Assembly: GCA_036170655.1 (NCBI GenBank)
Contig: JAVHPP010000024.1
Coordinates: forward strand, 1-19,679
From: Candidatus Zixiibacteriota bacterium
GTDB taxonomy: Bacteria > Zixibacteria > MSB-5A5 > WJJR01
Reading direction: 5' to 3'
Length of the DNA: 19,679 nt
Numbering within the stretch: the stretch's first letter is position 1; each line of letters starts with the position of its first letter. This document shows, piece after piece, positions 15,291 to 19,679 of the stretch. Position numbers and translations under genes: made by a program. A model generated the notes under the pieces. The model was given only the letters and a program-made list of their open reading frames with translations, did not search any database and had not been told where the DNA came from.

Positions 15291-16283
15291 GTGGTGAAAC
15301 TGACTCTCAGCGTGATTCTGGCCGGACTGATCCTGACGGCGGCAGTGGCATATCTCGCCTATGATCCAATTCCCCTGTCAGAGACATTTAGGCTCACGAT
15401 CCACAAGGGCGCCACGACAATCCAGGTCGCGGCCAGCTTGGACAGTCTGGGGCTGCTGCGCTCTAAACGACTCTTCAAATGGTGGGTCAAGTATCAGAAG
15501 ATTGACCGGCGACTGCGTCCGGGGCGCTACACATTCGCTGGTCCGACGGCGATGGCCGATGTTGTCTATGCGTTGCGCCGGGGAGACGTCGCCATCAAGA
15601 TCACGATTCCCGAGGGATGGACGAACCGGAAGATTGCCGCCCACCTCGCCGCTGAACTGGGTATCGATTCAACACGATTAGTCGCCCTCACGCGTGATTC
15701 GGCCCTCGTGCGTCGTGAAAACGTTCCCATCGATCAAATGGAAGGGTATCTGCTGCCCAACACCTACGAGTTCTACTGGGGAATCGACCCGGTCGAGATC
15801 ATCAACCGGATGGTACAAGACAACCGAGCGCTCTTCCCGGGCGCACTTGACCACCGCATGGATTCGCTGGGGTGGAATCGCCATACCACGCTGACGCTGG
15901 CGTCGATGATCGAGGCAGAGACGGCTAATGCTGATGAGCGGCCACGCGTGTCGGCGGTTTTTCACAACCGCATGAAGCGGGGGATGCCGATGCAATGCGA
16001 CCCGACCGTGGTCTACGCGATCGGCGGCCTGACCGATGGGCGCTCGCTTTCGAGCAAGGATCTCGAGTTTCCTTCGCCGTACAACACTTACCTAAACACG
16101 GGTCTTCCCCCCGGCCCGATTTGCAATCCCGGTCGTGCCGCAATCCTGGCAGCCCTGTACCCTGACTCCAGCGACGACCTCTACTTCGTCGCCGACGGCC
16201 GGGGTCACCATATCTTCTCGAAAACGCTCGATCAGCACAACCTCGCCCGGCTGCAGGTACGGAGGGAGCATAACGGGAGTTAG
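15291..16283 (+). CDS. mltG: Endolytic peptidoglycan transglycosylase MltG (YceG)
   Basis: N-terminal TM, ITIPEG, EGYLLPNTY, LASMIEAE (catalytic Glu), QCDPTVVY and SPYNTY...GLPPGPICNPG. Confidence 0.96.
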   Translation: MVKLTLSVILAGLILTAAVAYLAYDPIPLSETFRLTIHKGATTIQVAASLDSLGLLRSKRLFKWWVKYQKIDRRLRPGRYTFAGPTAMADVVYALRRGDVAIKITIPEGWTNRKIAAHLAAELGIDSTRLVALTRDSALVRRENVPIDQMEGYLLPNTYEFYWGIDPVEIINRMVQDNRALFPGALDHRMDSLGWNRHTTLTLASMIEAETANADERPRVSAVFHNRMKRGMPMQCDPTVVYAIGGLTDGRSLSSKDLEFPSPYNTYLNTGLPPGPICNPGRAAILAALYPDSSDDLYFVADGRGHHIFSKTLDQHNLARLQVRREHNGS

Positions 16284-16527
16284 CGACGGACTGACGATCA
16301 GCCAGAAGTCAATGCTGGAGAATTACTTAAACAATCACCGGGTAGCTGCGGGACGCGAAAGAGTTCAAGACGCGCAGAAATCCCTTGCGGCGGGGCTTGC
16401 GTAATATACCTTCGACGCGACGGAACTTCTTCTTTGTGGAAGGGTTAAAGAAACTTGTTGCCATAAAGCCCCATGAATCGGGGAGATTGAGCAGTTAACC
16501 ATTTCACCTTAACGGAGGCAGAACGGC

Positions 16528-16938
16528 ATGTTGAAACGCACAATCGTCTTCGGCTCGATTCTGGCTGTTTTAGTCGCCATGGGATCGACGTCGGCTTTTG
16601 CCCAAGGGGACAAAGCGGCCGCAAAGACCAGCGCGACACCGAAGGCAACCACAGAAAAAGTGGCAACCAAGGCTCCCCACGCGGCTGCCACACATAGTAG
16701 TGTCGCGGCCAACGAGATCGCTGTCTGCGGCTGTGGCAAGGTGTTCGTCCCGGACGCCAACACCAAGTACGTCGAGCACAATGGCAAGAAGTACGCCTGT
16801 TGCTCCGATGGATGTCACAAGATGGCCATGGCCGATCCGGCCGCCGCCTGCAAGATGGCCGATGACAACACCGCCAAGGTGATGTCTCAGCTCAATCCGC
16901 CGAAGACCGAGCCGGAGTCCACGCCGAAAACCAACTGA
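16528..16938 (+). CDS. Secreted Cys-rich protein with a YHS/TRASH-like metal-binding motif
   Basis: GGAGG RBS; signal peptide ending AFA; Ala/Lys/Thr linker; CGCGK...YVEHNGKKYACCSDGC. Confidence 0.8.
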   Translation: MLKRTIVFGSILAVLVAMGSTSAFAQGDKAAAKTSATPKATTEKVATKAPHAAATHSSVAANEIAVCGCGKVFVPDANTKYVEHNGKKYACCSDGCHKMAMADPAAACKMADDNTAKVMSQLNPPKTEPESTPKTN

Positions 16939-16976
16939 CACCCGGGTGTTTTCGTCTTCGCAATCAGTTCGGCTTG

Positions 16977-17008
16977 AAAAACCCCTGCACTTGTGTGCGG
17001 GGGTTTTT
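16977..17008 (+). terminator. Rho-independent (potentially bidirectional) terminator
   Basis: AAAAACCCCTGCAC-TTGT-GTGCGGGGGTTTTT, 39 nt after the stop at 16938. Confidence 0.8.
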
Positions 17009-17083
17009 GCTTGGTTTCTGTTTCACGCTCTCTGTCAGACGTCGCATACTGACACCGTGACGATCGGCACCAAGAGACCGAGA

Positions 17084-17362
17084 TTGCTTGTGCGCCTGAA
17101 ATCGGTGGCGGAAAACCTGCGCCGGAAGATCAAGGTGTATCAACTGGTGATGACGGATTCCCGCAGTCCCAAGTTTGCGAGGTGTCTCCTGTGGCTGGCG
17201 GTGGGATATACGCTGATGCCCTTCGACATCATCCCCGATTTCATCCCGGTCATCGGGCATGTCGATGATGCCGTGATCGTCCCGCTCCTCGTGTTTCTCG
17301 CTCTGCGAATCATCCCCGCTGAAGTCATGGAAGACTGCCGCCGGAGAGCGGAAGAGGCATGA
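17084..17362 (+). CDS. DUF1232 (YkvA-like) membrane protein
   Basis: Y.LMPFDIIPDFIPVIGHVDD signature. Start uncertain (TTG 17084 or GTG 17057); the longer ORF call runs through a terminator. Confidence 0.88.
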   Translation: MLVRLKSVAENLRRKIKVYQLVMTDSRSPKFARCLLWLAVGYTLMPFDIIPDFIPVIGHVDDAVIVPLLVFLALRIIPAEVMEDCRRRAEEA

Positions 17363-17370
17363 CCCGGGTC

Positions 17371-17718
17371 TTATGCAGCGCTCGTGCGTCCTGCGCGGCC
17401 CCAGCGGTGGGTGATGGCGCCGACAATGACCCCGGAAAACAGGGCGGGCAACATGATCGAAATGAACTCCTGGGCGGGAATGGCGGTCAGGAGGCTGACA
17501 CCGAGGTAAACGATGACGCCGCGCAGGATGCCGGTGCGCAGCGAGACTCCTGCACGGTTGGCGAAGCCGGTCAACAGGCCAGCCAGCATACCGCGTATGA
17601 CGGCGCCGAACAGATAGAACCAGATGTTCTCGTCGCTCGACGACAGGAACATCTCCAAGACCCATTCGATGAGTCCGGCAATCGGACCGACCCAGAACCC
17701 CAGCCACCACTTGCGCAC
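17371..17718 (-). CDS. Hypothetical 4-TM membrane protein (115 aa)
   Basis: GTG 17718 after GGGGAGAG; four Gly-rich hydrophobic segments. Confidence 0.72.
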   Translation of the reverse strand: MRKWWLGFWVGPIAGLIEWVLEMFLSSSDENIWFYLFGAVIRGMLAGLLTGFANRAGVSLRTGILRGVIVYLGVSLLTAIPAQEFISIMLPALFSGVIVGAITHRWGRAGRTSAA

Positions 17719-18007
17719 GTCCGCTCTCCCCTGCAATCTGTCGCCTTGCCGGATCGAGTCAGATCCGATGAAGCGACAACAAGATGACAGATTAACTGGA
17801 GCCATTGCCGCAGCCAAACCCTTTTCAGCAAACAGTGACAAACTTTCGCGGTGTGGCCGGCGCACGGCGGAGCGAAAGATCTGAAACCATCCTATGAGCG
17901 ATTCGGCCTCTGCAACCGGGACCGTTGTTTGGCACACACCACTTGCCGGGTTGACTTGCGCTCCGGTTCGGTCCACCTTAGCGTACGATCCCATCAGGAG
18001 ACTACGA

Positions 18008-18928
18008 ATGCCCAGCCGTCTGTTTGAACAGCTTTCATCCCTGACGACCGAAGCGCAGGACTCGAAGTACAGACGTCTGGACCGAGAGCCGCTGCGAAAG
18101 ATTCTCCAGCGTATCAATGACGCCGATCGGACTGTTCCGGAAGCGGTGCGACGCTGTCTTCCGCAGATCGAACAGGCAACCCGTTTGGTTATCGACACGT
18201 GGCAACAGGGTGGACGTCTGCTCTATGCGGGCGCCGGCACATCGGGGCGGTTGGGCGTTCTCGATGCTTCCGAACTGCCACCGACGTTCGGACTGGATCA
18301 CCGGCGGGCGGTGGGGCTGATCGCCGGAGGACACGGGACGTTGATTCGTTCGCGCGAAGGCGTGGAAGACTCGGCATCCAGCGGCGCTCGTGCGGTGTCC
18401 CGAGCCCGTGTGGGCACAAAGGACTGCCTTATTGCGATTGCCGCCTCGCGGCGGACTCCCTACACACTGGGAGCGCTGAGCCAAGCAAAGAAACGCGGCG
18501 CTCGGACCATCTTCCTCGTCGCCAACCCAAAACCGGTGGCCGGGACATTCGAAAGCGCCGACGTGACCATCGCTGTGGTCGTCGGGCCGGAGGTTGTCGC
18601 CGGTTCGACACGGATGAAAGCCGGCACCGCGCAAAAGTTGGTGTTGAACATGATCACCACGGCCGCCATGGTGCAGTTGGGCAAGACCTATCAAAACTGG
18701 ATGGTCGATCTGCAAGCGACGTCAGAGAAACTGCGCGAACGTTCCAAGCGCATCCTCTGCCTGACCGCCGGCATCGAATATGACGCGGCAGCCGCCCTGC
18801 TGCAACGGGCTCGTGGCTCGGTCAAACACGCATTGGTCATGGCGAAGTTGAACTGCACGGCGCGCGAGGCCAACCGGCGGCTGAAAGCCGCCGGGGGATT
18901 CGTCTATCGCGCGCTAAGGACAAAGTAG
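18008..18928 (+). CDS. murQ: N-acetylmuramic acid 6-phosphate etherase
   Basis: GAGTSGRLGVLDASELPPTFG, GPEVVAGSTRMKAGTAQKLVLNM and MVDLQATSEKLRER. CAGGAG RBS precedes ATG 18008. Confidence 0.96.
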   Translation: MPSRLFEQLSSLTTEAQDSKYRRLDREPLRKILQRINDADRTVPEAVRRCLPQIEQATRLVIDTWQQGGRLLYAGAGTSGRLGVLDASELPPTFGLDHRRAVGLIAGGHGTLIRSREGVEDSASSGARAVSRARVGTKDCLIAIAASRRTPYTLGALSQAKKRGARTIFLVANPKPVAGTFESADVTIAVVVGPEVVAGSTRMKAGTAQKLVLNMITTAAMVQLGKTYQNWMVDLQATSEKLRERSKRILCLTAGIEYDAAAALLQRARGSVKHALVMAKLNCTAREANRRLKAAGGFVYRALRTK

Positions 18929-18937
18929 CAACCCGCT

Positions 18938-19001
18938 TGCGCGGATCGGAGCCGATTGAACCGGCATCAACCCCGCACGCCGTGCGGGGCCAATCCGCGC
19001 A
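18938..19001. other. Intergenic multi-stem structure
   Basis: Outer stem TGCGCGGAT/ATCCGCGCA encloses GCCG..CGGC (18951-18965) and CCCCGCAC-GCC-GTGCGGGG (18971-18989). Confidence 0.5.
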
Positions 19002-19091
19002 TGGTCTCACTTCGGTCTGTCTGAACGCCCCTCAGAATGCGTATTATGGATGAACTTCTGCCCTGACCGGCAGCAAGGAGGGTGTCAGAGT

Positions 19092-19439
19092 ATGCCGTTT
19101 TGCCCAAGGTGCCGTTGTGAGTATATTGAGGGTCAAACCGAGTGCGCCGACTGTAGCGTAACACTGGTCGATGAGTTGCCTTCGGTGGAACCAAAGACAA
19201 AGGATCTTGACGAAGCCCGCTTTGTCGCCTTTCGCTCCTATCCCTCCCGCATGCACGCGGAGATGGTGCAGGAGGCTCTCGCCAACGAAGGAATCCCGTC
19301 GGTGATCCGGGGCACGGAGCTGTTCGGCACAGTCACCGGGATCGGAACAGCCGTCGCGCCCAAGATGTTCCTTTGTGTGCACGAAGGCGAAGAAGCGAAA
19401 GCCGCCCAGATCGCCGATGGCATCATCGATCCACTGTGA
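19092..19439 (+). CDS. Zinc-ribbon + DUF2007-like (putative signal-transducing) protein
   Basis: AAGGAGG RBS; MPFCPRC..EY..G...CADC...LV followed by AEMVQEAL.NEGIPSVI...L.V.......A..I. Confidence 0.85.
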   Translation: MPFCPRCRCEYIEGQTECADCSVTLVDELPSVEPKTKDLDEARFVAFRSYPSRMHAEMVQEALANEGIPSVIRGTELFGTVTGIGTAVAPKMFLCVHEGEEAKAAQIADGIIDPL

Positions 19440-19488
19440 AAATCGGCATCGAGGATACGTTCCGAGCGGCGTCATCGAGTCTTAAACA

Positions 19489-19674
19489 ATGGCTGGCAAA
19501 CGCGAGTGCCCCTCCTGCGCATCCGAAATCCCGTCCGACATGGATCGGTGCTTCATCTGCGGGTACGAGTTCGCAGGCAGGCCATCCCATCGGTCCTGGC
19601 GGCTCTGGGTCGCGTTGTTGTTGCTGATTGTGTTCCTATACCCTCTGATTCGCATGATGCTCCATCCATGGTGA
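19489..19674 (+). CDS. Small zinc-ribbon protein with a C-terminal TM helix
   Basis: CPSC-x10-CFIC-GYEF followed by LWVALLLLIVFLYPLI. Confidence 0.75.
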   Translation: MAGKRECPSCASEIPSDMDRCFICGYEFAGRPSHRSWRLWVALLLLIVFLYPLIRMMLHPW

Positions 19675-19679
19675 ACCAT

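Noticed and set aside
17359..17787. Acidic 142-aa plus-strand ORF overlapping the DUF1232 stop
   Set aside because: It is the antisense of the 4-TM gene, which has an RBS and a coherent hydrophobic pattern; hydrophobic codons read as Asp/Gln-rich on the other strand.
17719..18198. Long N-terminal extensions in the track for 17371-18198(-) and 17894-18928(+)
   Set aside because: They overlap each other. RBS-supported starts at 17718 and 18008 leave a normal divergent intergenic region.
1..19679. CRISPR array, tRNA/rRNA, integrase or transposase
   Set aside because: No regularly spaced repeats, cloverleaf/rRNA signatures or recombinase motifs were seen by eye.

Overview
GC-rich bacterial chromosomal window with about 24 protein-coding genes and no rRNA, tRNA, CRISPR array or intact mobile element. 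The organism is probably a diderm (heptosyltransferase-like GT9 gene, lipoproteins). A cohesin-like lipoprotein hints at an FCB-associated lineage such as Zixibacteria, but that is only an impression. Left to right: the 3' part of sppA; a stand-alone aspartokinase-beta-like tandem-ACT gene followed by a PTS EIIA gene; a His-rich intramembrane sensor kinase and a sigma54 (NtrC-type) regulator; a -24/-12 promoter and a Met/His-rich Ig-fold lipoprotein; a GT9 glycosyltransferase; a cohesin-like lipoprotein; pyrE; a minus-strand run (read in transcription order: degenerate HD-GYP, ridA, acyl-CoA dehydrogenase, small membrane protein, UbiA-type phosphoribosyltransferase); a ~310-bp scar that appears to join the start of a helicase gene, a REP-like palindrome pair and the end of a Type ISP restriction-modification gene; a hypothetical gene with its own sigma54 promoter; yqgF, a small ORF and mltG; a secreted Cys-rich YHS/TRASH-like protein; a DUF1232 gene; a membrane protein; murQ; and two zinc-ribbon genes. 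The best leads are the putative sigma54 metal-sensing module, the ACT-EIIA pair and the collapsed defence-locus scar. All family calls come from motif recognition by eye; no database search was run.
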